In this document: positions 12,842 to 24,737 of the stretch, piece by piece
How positions within the stretch are numbered: the stretch's first letter is position 1
Layout of the letters: every line of letters begins with the position of its first letter
Assembly: GCA_977016875.1 (NCBI GenBank)
Contig: CDRNST010000005.1
Span: 248,001-312,000, forward strand
From: Pavona decussata
Taxonomy: Eukaryota
Reading direction: 5' to 3'
DNA length: 64,000 nucleotides
Notes under the pieces: model-generated
Databases searched by the model: none
Seen by the model: only the letters and a program-made list of their open reading frames with translations
What the model was told of the DNA's origin: nothing
Position numbers and translations under genes: made by a program

Positions 12842-12886
<45 letters not shown>

Positions 12887-15800
12887 TCAGGGATAATGAT
12901 TGAGTCAACGTCGTCAGAAATAAATATCCCAACTGACAGGAAACGAACGATATTGAAAATTGCCCTCGTTTTGCTTCGTGTTAGATTCAAAGGTTTTGTG
13001 TTCAAATATCATAACTAAGCCTTTTTATGTAACATGGTTGGTGTTTAAATGTACCCGCTACATAGTCTACTCGCTGTACAGCGGTTGTCATCTTCTTCAT
13101 GTAGAATTGCGCCATTTCTTTATCCAATACAACGACTCCTGGAATTGACTTCCATTTATAAATCAGATGCTGCGTGGGGTATGCATCTAAAACGAAAAAA
13201 CAAAAGACGTTAATTTCGGAGAGCCTATAAACCATATTGACACAGTGTTTAGGGTGTTTATAAGACGACTTCAGATTGCAAAAAGAAGTGACAAATGCTT
13301 TGCTATGAAAGAAGGTGAGTTTATAGACTAGTTCATTTGTCACAATCAGTTTGCCATATGAAGACGCGTTACTTCTGCTCATGTGTAACCCCGCCTTCTG
13401 CTCCCTTGATCGTGAGTTAACAATAACCAATCAGGAGGCTGAGTCAGCAAATTGTCTTTCTTAAGATTTTCTTTTTCATTTGCATCTAGATAAGTCTTCA
13501 TAAGGAACCTTTTATCACACTGTTATCATACTCTCGGAATCATAAACAAATAATAGTAATAACGAGGGATGTGCTCGCAGCGTTACACGAACCCTTCCCA
13601 CATACTGAGAAATTTCTCCCAGGCCTCCCCTTGCTTAGTCCGATTAAAAACCGAGACAACTTATACACTAAATGACAAAAACGTTATTGTTTTCTTGATA
13701 AGGTCAGAAACACAGCAGCAGAGAGATACTTACAACTAACAATGTTCAAGGTACATTTTTGTTCATCCATGGGGAAAGTACGGAACTGCATGTGGCACCT
13801 CGCCAGTACAGTTGCTCTACAGTGAAAAAAAGTCTTATGGTTACAAAAAACAACGCAAAAAACTCATGGCTCGATTTTGAATTCTATTAAAACAACAATT
13901 TCTATCAATGGCAGTCAGAATAACCTTTATCTGCAGCGGTCTACTCAAATGAGAAACTCTTTCCTAAAATAAGCACGAGTCACTAATTAGAGGAGACATG
14001 CAGGCACAGACTTAATATATCCCAAGTAAGCCGCAAATTATGATTACTGTCTGATCAGTGTAGTCCTGAGAGGGCAGGCCACTGACATTGACTGATGTTT
14101 CGATCAGGACCCGGTTGTTCAAGGAGCAGATAACACTATCCAGTGGATAAATCGCTATTCAGCAGACAAAATGAACTCCAACCAATACATTTTATCCGCT
14201 GGATAGCGTCTTATGCGTAGCTGGATAAAGTTACCCGCTCTCTTTGAACAACTGGGGCCAGATCCGGCTGCAACGGCGTTAAAATATTGACTAACCAGCA
14301 AGCGGAAGTTAATTAAGTAGCCTTTAATTTAATGACTGTGTTAGCTTCATGTAAACCCACCCAGATTGTCACATACCAACCTTGTTCCCCAGTCCACTTC
14401 TCCGTTGGCAGATATATCAAGTTTGTGATTGGTTGCTAGTACATTGTGCATGTATGATTTGGTGGCGTCCGGGAATATCGTATCTGGGACCCAGAAGTAG
14501 TCAGCGGGGTGTTTAGTTCCCATTGTTAGAGTCAGTTTGGACGTCATGTTATGAGAGAGCCTTGCGTCCTGCCAGTGCTGCCGAAAAAACATGTCCAGTC
14601 CGAATTCCTAATGATAAGATAAACGTTACACTGTAAAACATCATAATAAACCTTTTAAGAACCCAGTGGATCTTTGAACGGAATTTCTGTGGTTTGAAGC
14701 AACTTTTTTCAATGTTAGTTTCCTCGAAAATCATTCACATTAGCAAGATTGCTGTCCATATGATTGTCATTGGTATGCACTGTCTTGCAGTTTGGCATGG
14801 TGGCCAGGAAGGAACACAAGCCCGATAGCTAGGGTACACCTTGAACAAACTGGTGTAACTGTGTGCTAACACGGTGATAGAGTAGCATCGTACATAATGC
14901 TTCCACAAAAACCAACATTTCCAAATTCCAATTCGACCTGCAAACAGTGAATGGAAGAGCCACCCAGTGGAATCCACTAAAAAATTCCTAATTCCCATTT
15001 GACAATACCTGATTTCTCTTTTAAATTTTTGTCGGATTAGGAAATGGGAGAATGTCGGATTGGCTGATTAGAAGAAATTAGTTGGAAAGGCGTGATCATA
15101 GACAGAGTGAAATACTTATGTTAATTCTAATCCTGAAACTTGGTACCGGCCTCAGTGATGTTCATACTATTTAGTCATCAGGCGGGCGTTTCCCGAAGGT
15201 CCCGAAGAGTTTACGGAACCAAGAAGTATTTTCTGCCATTTATCAATTAAGTACGGAATATATTGGACGATTAAATAAGTTCAGAACTTTTAGTTCTTCC
15301 AATTTTTCAGACAGCTATTTACATTAAAGTGCGTATTGTTATCAGGTGGAATTTTTTTTAAATGAGTTATTTTAGTTACATGACTTTTAAAAAGAACTTG
15401 TGACAGTCATGTTAATCTTATAATTCAAAGTCCTACACAAATGTTTTGTATTTTATAAGTGTTGTCCTCTAGTTGATTGATTCTTCTGGTCTTTCAACAA
15501 TAGCTCACGAATTAGACATGCCTCGCAATTCTTGCTGACCTTGGCTTGGACCACCGTGAAAATTCCAGTTCTTAGTTTGTTGTCGTTGAACTGTCGTTCT
15601 TTCCAAGTTTTTCATTGGATACCTGTTATTTTAATGTGTGGTCGTGTAGGTTTATTTGGGTTTTCTTAGTTGAGTAGTAAATGGAATTCTGAAAGTTATC
15701 ACGGTAAGTTAACCCAAACATGTCTACAAATCTGAGTATTAAATTGTGAACATTAGAGCTTGTAGTCAGTCAGTTGTCAGACGAGTTGCTAGTTGTCAGT

Positions 15801-17129
15801 CAAGTTGCTAGTTGAGTACAACTAGAGTTTGTTGAGCGATGCAATAGTAGAAGAGCATTTGTAAATACAATTTTGTCAAGTCAAGTAAAGAAATCACGAA
15901 AATGTAATTCAGAGTCTTGGTACCTCTACGCTTTACCCAAGCGAGTGTTCAACAGTATTATGTAATCCAACAATATTCTGAGTATTAACGTTTAAATGTC
16001 AACGATTCAATCACAGAATGCATGAGATTAGATAACCACTGATTCTTACCATTTCTACCTCCTTGATATTTGCAAATGATGCAACTGAGATACTAACTAG
16101 GACTTCAACAGGACTTCCTTGAAAAATAAAGATAAAAAAAATCTTAAAAATTTGCCATAGCCACTAGCTATCAGCCAATAATATCTACATCCCTACAACA
16201 TACATGTAATATGGAGAATAAAAAACGTATTATTTATTTATTTCGCTATTTGAAATACCTGTATAGTTTGGTCTAAGCCGCGTGTCATAATCATTAAGTA
16301 GATATTGCAAATCCTCACTTATCTTCTTATCCAAAGAAGACTCAATTCTGCTGAAACACAACACGTCAGTAAAATCGCTAGTTTCACCATAATAGTATAA
16401 ATTACAACCAAATATTATTTAGTGCGCAGTTTATATTTAACCGTTCAACTCTGAATTGAGCAATGACCACAACACCAACAACAAAAGTTATAACTGCTTG
16501 AAACAATTAACTTGAGTTTTCTGCCCACCAAAGCTCGAGAAAATAACTAAGAGTGTATAAAGGAAACGCCCTTTTCGGATAAATAAATTCTGGTGTATTG
16601 ACGTAATGAGTCGACCTTGTTTACAAGGTACTGATTATCTAGGACATATACTTTTTCAGTTTATAATAATTCTGATTAAATATTAAAGTAAGTCAATGAC
16701 AAGGAGTGCCAAATTCCAGAAGATTCTTTTCAACCCACTATTACTGTTTCCAAAATGGAAAGCACGAGATGTTGTTAGTTGTTAACAATGTTGTATACTA
16801 AGCCGAAAGCCATCAGTACAATTTGAGATTCAGTAAAATAATAAAATTGTATATTTGTTGTCGTGAGCCAGGTGTCTGGTATATGGCTTGTATGGATGTG
16901 GTTTAGAGGGCCTGATTTTCTCAAAAGGCCCGGCGCATGGCCATTATTTACACTTAAACGGCGTATGAAACATCTCGATTAAAAGATGATTTCTTTCAAC
17001 CCTATGAAAGCACCTCTTCAATTGTTCCAAATACGTTATTTCTTACCCTTGAGAAATACTCTGCTCTGACAGGTTCAAGATTAAAAGACATAACTTTAGA
17101 GAAAAGATATCCGAGGTAACAAACACCAT
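8447..17129 (-). CDS. Cys-loop pentameric ligand-gated ion channel subunit, anion-selective (GABA-A/glycine/GluCl-like), 8 coding exons, 432 aa
   Basis: join(17129-17047, 16350-16259, 16117-16050, 14607-14381, 13816-13734, 13186-13055, 10899-10580, 8740-8447) = 1299 nt, all GT-AG and phase-compatible. Contains signal peptide, YDTRLRP, WVPD, Cys-loop [16 protein letters not shown]1-M3 with PAR motif, and M4. Confidence 0.93.
9858..10330. mobile_element. Harbinger-like MITE (GGG...CCC ends) containing a tRNA-derived SINE and itself interrupting another SINE
   Basis: TIR GGGTCCAGTTGTTCAAAGCCCGAT / ATCGGCTTTCGAACAACCGGACCC; same family as 24738-25232. Confidence 0.7.
10028..10230 (-). mobile_element. 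tRNA-derived SINE
   Basis: Minus-strand head 10140-10069 has A box TAGCTCAGTGG and B box GGTTCGACTCC, but the anticodon arm is malformed and there is a non-tRNA tail. Confidence 0.7.
10580..10899 (-). CDS. Cys-loop channel exon 7 (end of loop C, M1-M3)
   Basis: [26 protein letters not shown]...[13 protein letters not shown]...KAIDVYLM; ttccag acceptor and gtaata donor. Confidence 0.92.
11041..11895 (+). mobile_element. 5'-truncated, internally deleted CRE-like (RLE-type) non-LTR retrotransposon, copy 1
   Basis: [28 protein letters not shown] and [30 protein letters not shown]; flanked by (ATT)n. Confidence 0.75.
11897..11952. repeat. (ATT)n microsatellite
   Basis: Pure ATT run; similar runs at about 10990-11040, 11992-12006 and 12842-12886. 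Confidence 0.95.
12007..12841 (+). mobile_element. 3' end of a CRE-like (RLE-type) non-LTR retrotransposon, copy 2
   Basis: [16 protein letters not shown] / [42 protein letters not shown] (restriction-like endonuclease region, frameshifted); T-rich 3' UTR then (ATT)n. Confidence 0.78.
13055..13186 (-). CDS. Cys-loop channel exon 6 (loops B/F/C)
   Basis: [12 protein letters not shown]...MAQF...DYVAG; 132 nt, phase 1 to 1. Confidence 0.88.
13734..13816 (-). CDS. Cys-loop channel exon 5 (Cys-loop)
   Basis: 83-nt exon [28 protein letters not shown]; C-x13-C signature. Confidence 0.93.
14108..14258. mobile_element. Harbinger-like MITE with CAG target duplication
   Basis: cag|GACCCGGTTGTTCAA...TTGAACAACTGGGGC|cag; related copy at about 43365-43500. 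Confidence 0.72.
14381..14607 (-). CDS. Cys-loop channel exon 4 (loops D, A, E)
   Basis: [17 protein letters not shown]...FWVPDTIF...GEVDWGTR; 227 nt. Confidence 0.92.
16050..16117 (-). CDS. Cys-loop channel exon 3
   Basis: 68-nt exon [23 protein letters not shown]. Confidence 0.9.
16259..16350 (-). CDS. Cys-loop channel exon 2
   Basis: [30 protein letters not shown]; NAGNAG (cagcag) acceptor. Confidence 0.88.
17047..17129 (-). CDS. Cys-loop channel exon 1 (signal peptide)
   Basis: [28 protein letters not shown], phase-2 GTAAGA donor compatible with exon 2. An acceptor near 17169 implies a further 5' UTR exon. Confidence 0.72.
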
Positions 17130-20100
17130 AATTATCTCCTACAGTGCTTCACAGTTTTTTTCTCAATCTAAAAAGATAAAATATAAATTTAAGATCATAA
17201 CCAGACATTATTTTTATTCATACTAGTAACACATATATTACGATATACTGAGGTAACTACTACGAAAGCAGGATCATGATCAGAATCACAAAGGGAAAGC
17301 CACCTTCCTTCTGTTTGTTGTGGAGTTAGTTTAAAAACCTGGCCAGCCACTGAATCGTTTGGGAGATTAAACAGCTGGCTCGCGGAATCGACAGTCGATT
17401 AGACAATCAATTAACGGAGTTGCACTGACGGTCTCAAACACGTATGTCCATTAGTCCCGGGGTTTTACTTTCTTTTGCAAGTCTTGAGAGCAGATAGGCT
17501 TTCTTTTGCGGAAGTGTCGCTTTCACATATATTTTGCCGCTCAGTTTTTGTGCATTTTCATGAACTAAGAAACGTGAATAGTAGTCACTGTACTCAAGAA
17601 GGTTATCTGACATTTGGGAGGAGTAGAGTGTTTTATAAAGCTTTTTCAATTTTTTTTTCTGGCTCATTTACATACTCATTTTGTTGATTTGTTCCGTGTC
17701 TAGTTTGTTAATGTATTCTCGGCCGTGTGAGCGTTTTTATAAGTTCATAAAATACTTGTTACACCTTTCGTCATGTTCGCATCACCTCGTTCTACTTCTT
17801 AATTATTATGGCACTGTTGGTTTTGATTTTTTTCAGCTCAAGTTTAACACGTTCCAAACTATCCCCAAAAGTTATGTCATAGGGATTTTGATTTTCATCA
17901 AGAAGAACATTTTGTTCGCGAAGTGAGACTAATTCCTTTGATCGTCTACTCTTTGCGATTCGCATTTAGGGAATCGAATACATAAGACTCTAATCTCCAT
18001 TTTGATCATTTCCCAAAAGAGGTTCAGCTTGTCTTTGGTGAGGCAATGTTTTTTCCTTGAATTAAGCTTTCTTTACTTGTCATCTGTCTCGGCTGCAATC
18101 TTCAGTAACAATTTGACAATTAGAATGGAACAGCAATTCGCTCACTTTGGAGAAAGATGTCGGGAAAAACTGTCAAATATGTGGTATTTCAGTCAGGATA
18201 ATGATTACAATAATACAAATTCAGGTGTTGTTCTCACTAGGCGTCATGAAATAGGCGACGAAAGGCAACTGAGGTTGAGGTTTTTCATTTTTTGACAAAA
18301 AAGGTTTGCCGTGAAATGCACTCGGTTTGTATACTGATCAGGCTGGAAGACATGTTTAGTCTAGCTTCACAGTAACTTTCGCGTGATAGATCCTTAGAAT
18401 TACGCTAGTTGAGTATTACCTGGAAAACTTTTTCCTTTTCTTTTCAGTGTCAGTTTTGTCGCTTACCTGGATAGCTCACCTGGGAGTGTTCCTGAACACA
18501 CAAACGCTTCTAATTAAAGTTGCAGTACAGTCTATTTTTTCAGCTTCATAAATTTATTATTTGTTGATTTTACAGCTCATACCTTGTGGTAAATTAAGAG
18601 CACATAATTGAAAATCATTCTCACGGATTCATATACTGAAATAATAAAAACTCAAGATTTACAAGATTTGCCTTCCATAAGGCGAACAGTTTGGGCACAG
18701 CTTGACTTTAATATGGGAAACATTATAAAAACAAAAATTCCCTTCAACTTTTGTCAGTTTATATATTCGATTTTTTAAAAATTCCCAACATAGAAACACG
18801 TTTCCTAAGGGTTCGAAAAGATGCTACAGAACTTTTTGCTTTAGGCATTAAGATTTCGTTGTAATTTAACGACCTGAGTGGTGATTTATTGGTTTAATCG
18901 GCTTTTTACAAGAAAAAATTTTAGAGATTGAAATCATGATCAATATTATTGTGTTTTGTCCAATGAAGGTATTTCCAAGCAGTTATCCGGAACAGAGCTA
19001 AATTATTTTTCATTTACTAGTTTTTGTGATAAAAAAAAAACATTGAAGATAACTTGAGGAAAATCTCATAAAAAATCGCGTTTAGAATTCATTTGGCATT
19101 CTGATTGGTGGAATGCAGGTTTTTAAAATAATATAAAATGCGAGCAATTTGTTCGTAATCAGAACTTTTAGTTTAATCCTTATGTTTTCTCTTCAGTCTC
19201 CCTCATCACTTCTTCCACTAATTTTTTTCCATTTTTTTATTTGTTTGAAAATTAATCCTTTTAAAGTGACCTGTCGGCATTGATCAGTCTTTTAACTCAA
19301 CTTGTAATTTTTAAAATTTGGCACTCGTACAACTTGGATTGCAACTATAGATCAAACTACTGAAATTAAATGTGTTCCATTCATCTAAGGTTCAACAAGC
19401 CGCTTTTTATGAATCCAAGGGCCTGACAAGAAATAACTTTACGAAATCGTTTGTCACATGGTGTAACCTAAGTGGGAATGTTGCCGAGCACTATGTCTAA
19501 ATGGCGTCCAAGCTATGGAGACTGTATCATAGGAAGACCAAGATCTGCAATCAGCGCAACTCCCTTGAACGTATTTTGGTACGTTTTTACCAAAACCCGT
19601 GACCCAATAAAATCCATCCAACGTTTACATAGGCGTTTGACCAGAGCCTTACTTTCTGCATAATCACTTCGCGCGATTCAACTGACCCTTAAATGGGCTG
19701 TTGCCATGGTGATTTCCGAGAGTTTTTGATCAACACAAAGCGGAAGTTACCACTAAGTACCTATACTCCAGTCGTAGCTAGACATAACGAAAGTGGGACA
19801 TCAAGAGGAAGGTATCAAGCAAGGTATCAAGTGATTTTATCAAAATTTCTGTATCGGTAAAAAAATAAACAAAAACAGATCACACGGCCTGTTTAAAGAC
19901 ACCATGGTTTTAGAACCCTTTCTAAAGATTTTGACGTGACTACTGCGTGGGAGGACCAATAAAATTTACTCTTAACTTGTTCATGAGTTCAGTTATAGTT
20001 CGACTGGGTGACCTGTGATGTCATTCTGGATAACAAATATAATTTACATTTTTATTGCCGGTTATTTTATTGTTTTTTTTTGTTTTTTTTTTTGGAAAAC

Positions 20101-20690
20101 ACTTTTTTTTTTGTTAATTTTGGAACACTTTAATTTTTGTTCAATATGCTAAGCACCATTAAACTGTTATGAATTTGGCACTTTATCACTGTTTCTTGCT
20201 ATCCGTGTTATTGTTTTTGTTATTATTATTTATTCAAACAATATCTACTTTCCTTCAAAACGTGATTTTAAGTTTTTTTAATGAGAGAAATTTACAAATC
20301 TTTCTTGTTGACTGCATATTTACCGCAGTGAACATTTGAGCAGTTGTTCAGTCTAAAATTTGTCTTAAATGGTTTTTTCAATCAACTTATTTTATATCCC
20401 GTCTGTCTCCCTATGGCCAGGATTTACGTCGCGCTATAAAAACCAAAAAGTCATGACAATTTGCCTCTTCCTTCATTGGTATAACGCTCCATGTCAAAAT
20501 ACTATTTTAACATGCCGAACGGTTTAGATTTTTAAACGAACAAACAAATTCTAGCCAAGGAAAATAGTTTGAGTAGTCCCCGCTATCCAACCTCCATGCA
20601 AGCCGAGCATCCGTAACAATTAAACAAACTTCCCAAGGGCTACCCTGAGAGGTAAAGTTTTTGTCAGTATATGCACTCACGAAGACCGAC

Positions 20691-20802
20691 TTAAATCTGC
20701 CCAGCCAGTGTGAACTGTCTAACTTAAAAATGATATGACTGGAGGTTTAAATCTGCCCAGCCAGTGTGAACTGTCCAACTAAACGATGATATGACTGGAG
20801 GT
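20691..20802. repeat. 56-bp tandem duplication
   Basis: ttaaatctgcccagccagtgtgaactgtc at 20691 and 20747. Confidence 0.85.
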
Positions 20803-23289
20803 TTTGTCTGAGGGTGGACTTGATAGGAAGTTACGAATTATTAAAAACAAAATGAGAGATAAAACGAGAATAATAACAAAAAGTTTATTTTTAAATTATA
20901 ATTGAAAACTCCTCTATCTTTTTCATCTTTGGTAACTCTGTTTTATCAGTCTATATGCGTCATAATCTCAAGACCACACTTTTTAATGTAGAATTATCGC
21001 GCCAATTCCCCACCACGGAAAAGACGCCTTACTGGGAAAGTTTTTAACCGCTTTGTTTAATTTCGCAAGAAACCCTTGCATTGGAAAGTTTGTGCGCTTG
21101 CTTATTTTTTACCCTTTTTAATTAAAATATTAAAATATTACAACACTAGGAATAAAATCAATTGAAGTTTTCCCGGTGTTTATGGTTTACTGGAAAAGTT
21201 GAGGCAACACGAGGCCACACATGTTTATAGCAACAAAAACTTGCTGTGTTTGCATAAATGTCAACATTTGTCAAAATGTTTAAGAGAACATGTACTCTAT
21301 TACAAGAAAAAAGATTGAAAAGAAAGAAAATAAGAAAGTCTTTAACATGTCAGGTTTGATAAGTTCAGTAACATTCACAAAAGAAAATCAGTAAAATGAA
21401 TCTCAGCCGAGTATGTCGCCGCTTTACTAAACTTTTGTAGGGCAGCTTGTTTTTGACTCTAAAACCCAAGCAACTTTCAAATTGTGCCAAGGAGAGCAAT
21501 AATTCTTGTGGTTTTCTTAAACCTGCATGTTTTCGTCCTTCGTATATTCATTAATCCCAAGGTAAACATGGAGCGTGTTCCTCCTTTTGAAAATAAACAG
21601 TCTACCAGTCATATATGGATTTAAAACAGTTTACGTGTCTTTCAAAAGAGACTGATACATAAGCTAAACTATGTTAAACATTATGTGTTTAACTTACCGT
21701 GAGTGAAATATTCAGTCTACGGATCTGAACTGAGTTGCTCTTCGTGCTGAAACTTTGGTCGCACTTAAGCTTCAATGGAATTTTCCTTCTGCAAGACGTC
21801 TGCGACTTCAAGTAACACGTGTACTGACCAGCTGCGATTTTAGTACGATATCATTGTACGTTTTCAGGGAAATCCTGTAAATTTGCATCAGGCTTTCAAT
21901 GTTCGAAATTCTAGCGATCTCGTAGCTTCCCTGGCTCCAGAGGTTCGTTGTATAAAAAAATCAAAATTAACAAATAACCGCATCTCGTTGCCGCGATTCT
22001 CTTACTCGCGGAAAAAAAAATCGCAGCAAAAAATCGGGTAAAAAAAATCGCCCATATCGCGGTAATAATCGCGCGGAAATCGCCCATAGTTTACACACGC
22101 ATTTTAAAAGTGCAACTTGAGCGAAAAAAAACTGGACTGAACTGACTCTGTTCAATGTTGAATTAAGATTAACGGAAATGTATACCGTCAAATTACATCC
22201 ACCTCTTCGTTAGCCTTCGGCAGTCTTCGCCCCGCGGCTTCGAGAACTTTCGGAAACGGTTAAGAAGCCGACTGAAACGTTCGCATGATCTTCGTACATT
22301 CAGTTTGAAACCATCTAAAAAGTTTGAAAATAGAACATGTACAGCGTATAAAAGTAGTCAATTAAATATACGATTGCTTTAGACCTTGATTGTGTTCAGC
22401 TCGATCTCGGTTGTTCACAGTGCAAGCCGTAAGTCGCACAACCCTCGTTATTTTCGGATTCATTAGCAGACACTTAATAGTATCAATTGCGGGCAGTTGA
22501 AACGTGTAAGGAGTGATAAATCTGAAGATTTTTTCGCAATAAACTAACATAGATCAGTGAAAATCAGGTTCAGTCAATGACTTTCTCTCTTTGGTTGTCT
22601 TGAGATACCTGCACTATCTGAGATTGTTTGACTTACAATGTGGAATTACGTTCAATCCCTGAAAACTACGACTAACGACGTTACGGAAGCAACGTAACGG
22701 GCCGTTGCAACATAGTTACTCGCAGTTTTGCCAGAATTAACCAGAGTCTGCTAAGTCTTTCTGTTCGGGTAACGTTTTCACCGATAGCAAGTGTCAAAAG
22801 ATAACTGCAAAGATCGAGGATGCTAAGAAGGGGGGAGGGGGGAGGGGGGGGATGGGGAGAGAGCGGTAACACGTGTTTTCAGTTGCGACAATTGCATTGC
22901 CTCGGTCATCTCTCTGGTTTTGAGGTGTGATGTCAGCTGCATTGTAGAATTAACTTTTCAAAAATAAATTATCATTACCATTTGACATAACATGAAAGTG
23001 GTGTCATGTTTATTTACGTGCTTTTGATTTCAATTTGTACCTGATAGAGGCATTTCTCTGGCCTCTTCGAAGTGATTAAGGGCTAATAACACTTAGTTCC
23101 TAAACTACAGTTTCTGACACAAGGAAGGATTCTTAAATCATTTTAAACTATACTCGCCTGTTCTCGTTCATTATTTAGATACTGACACGATTGGGCCTTA
23201 CATTTATAATTCACATTCATTTGCAGAAAAGCGGAAACAAAATTCTCATATTCGTTTCCAGTCTTCCAGTTACCGTGAATAAATTTTTA

Positions 23290-24015
23290 TCATTTTTTGT
23301 CGTTGATATTGATATCCATGTCTTCTGTGTCCAACTCCGCGAGACTCCTTTCCCAAAGTCCAGGGGTTTTTATTTTTATATCCCTTCCCCAAAGACCGGG
23401 TGGACGGTTTTGAATTCCCCGCCCCCACAGGCCTGGAGGTCTGTTTTGAATTCCCCGCCCCCACAGGCCTGGGGGACGATGTTTAATCCCCCTTCCCCAA
23501 AGACCCGGCGGCCGGTTGTTTTGTATTCCTCGCCCCCAGAGCCCCAGTGAATTCTGTTGGATACCTCGTCCCCAAAGACCTGGGGGCCTAACGTACTCTT
23601 CTTCTTCTTTGTCATCCGATTCTTTGTCATCCGATTCATGGTATTTAATTTCTCTACCCCAAAGACCCGGTTGCTTAAAGTCGTCCTCCTCGTCTTCATC
23701 CGATTCTTCGTTCTCCTTGTCTCGGGAATTTTGCTGATCTTTCTGAAGGGCAGTCAGAATAGGATCCAGGGTTAGTGGAAAACCAATTCGCTGGACAGAC
23801 CTTTCCCATATACCAGGGATGTCCTCCTGTCTTTTCTTGCTCTGTTCTACGGTCCTCTGCTCTGGATCATTGACCGTGGATACCTTGGTTCCTTCTCTTC
23901 GCACGTGAGTTGACAGCTCATCTTCCCCGCCATCATCGGTTTTTTCCAGGTTCCGAGCGTAAGAAAAGGACAAAAGAACCACAAGAAACAGGAAAGATAT
24001 TTTAAACGGTGGCAT
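23290..24015 (-). CDS. GLWamide: GLWamide (LWamide) neuropeptide precursor, 241 aa, single coding exon
   Basis: Signal peptide MPPFKISFLFLVVLLSFSYA, acidic spacers, seven GLW-G-R amidation/cleavage units (five RPPGLW, one QPGLW, one NSLGLW). An acceptor ttgcag just above 24016 makes the extra 39 aa of the ORF track intronic. Minus-strand AATAAA at 23014-23009. Confidence 0.95.
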   Translation of the reverse strand: MPPFKISFLFLVVLLSFSYARNLEKTDDGGEDELSTHVRREGTKVSTVNDPEQRTVEQSKKRQEDIPGIWERSVQRIGFPLTLDPILTALQKDQQNSRDKENEESDEDEEDDFKQPGLWGREIKYHESDDKESDDKEEEEYVRPPGLWGRGIQQNSLGLWGRGIQNNRPPGLWGRGIKHRPPGLWGRGIQNRPPGLWGRGIQNRPPGLWGRDIKIKTPGLWERSLAELDTEDMDININDKK

Positions 24016-24737
24016 TCTGCAACAAAACAAATAGAAGATGGTTACTGGCAGATGAACAGCAGTGATAATCAGTACAACCGTTCTCTTATGAGGCCGCAGT
24101 ATTCGCAGGCTATACCTGCCTTGGACAATCATTTATTCAGTTATTCTCCTCCACGGTTCGAGTTTGAAAAGAAATTTGGAAACCTCAGGCGTACCAAGGA
24201 TCAAAACATCAGCACAGTAAAATAAACTAGGGCTTTAATATGCAGAAATATTATTGTGGTAAAGTAAAAATGACACTGGAATTTTGATGCAAGCCCATTA
24301 ATCAAATATGATTCACTTAGTCATGTGGTAAAATTTTGGAAAAGCGAATCTAAGTTGCGCTCAAAACTCGTGGTTTGAAAAAACCCCTCTCTCTCTTAAC
24401 CCCCTTCCCAACTTCTTCAGACATGAAAATAAATAAGCCCCCGTGGGCTTAATGGAGTTTTTACCGAATTACCTTACTTAGCACCTACAAACTTAGCAAG
24501 TAACTAAAGATGAACCATCAATTGAAGATACATAGTTCATTTCATTCAGAAGATGACTTCTGCTCTGGTCATAGAAATATCATGAGTCGTCAGGAAAGTC
24601 TTTCGTGAAAGGCCTAGTGACATAGTTTACTATTCTTGCAGAGACAAACAATTAGGCTTTTAAGTTAACTTTGAAAATCATTTATATAACGGAATCCAAA
24701 CTGGCCAGGAAACTCCGTTTGAACGAGATAGACTTCT

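Noticed and set aside
23191-23775. Overlapping ORFs on the plus strand and alternative frames
   Set aside because: Shadows of the repetitive GLWamide coding sequence.
24016-24132. 39-aa N-terminal extension of the GLWamide ORF
   Set aside because: It lies upstream of a splice acceptor; the signal peptide starts at ATG 24015.
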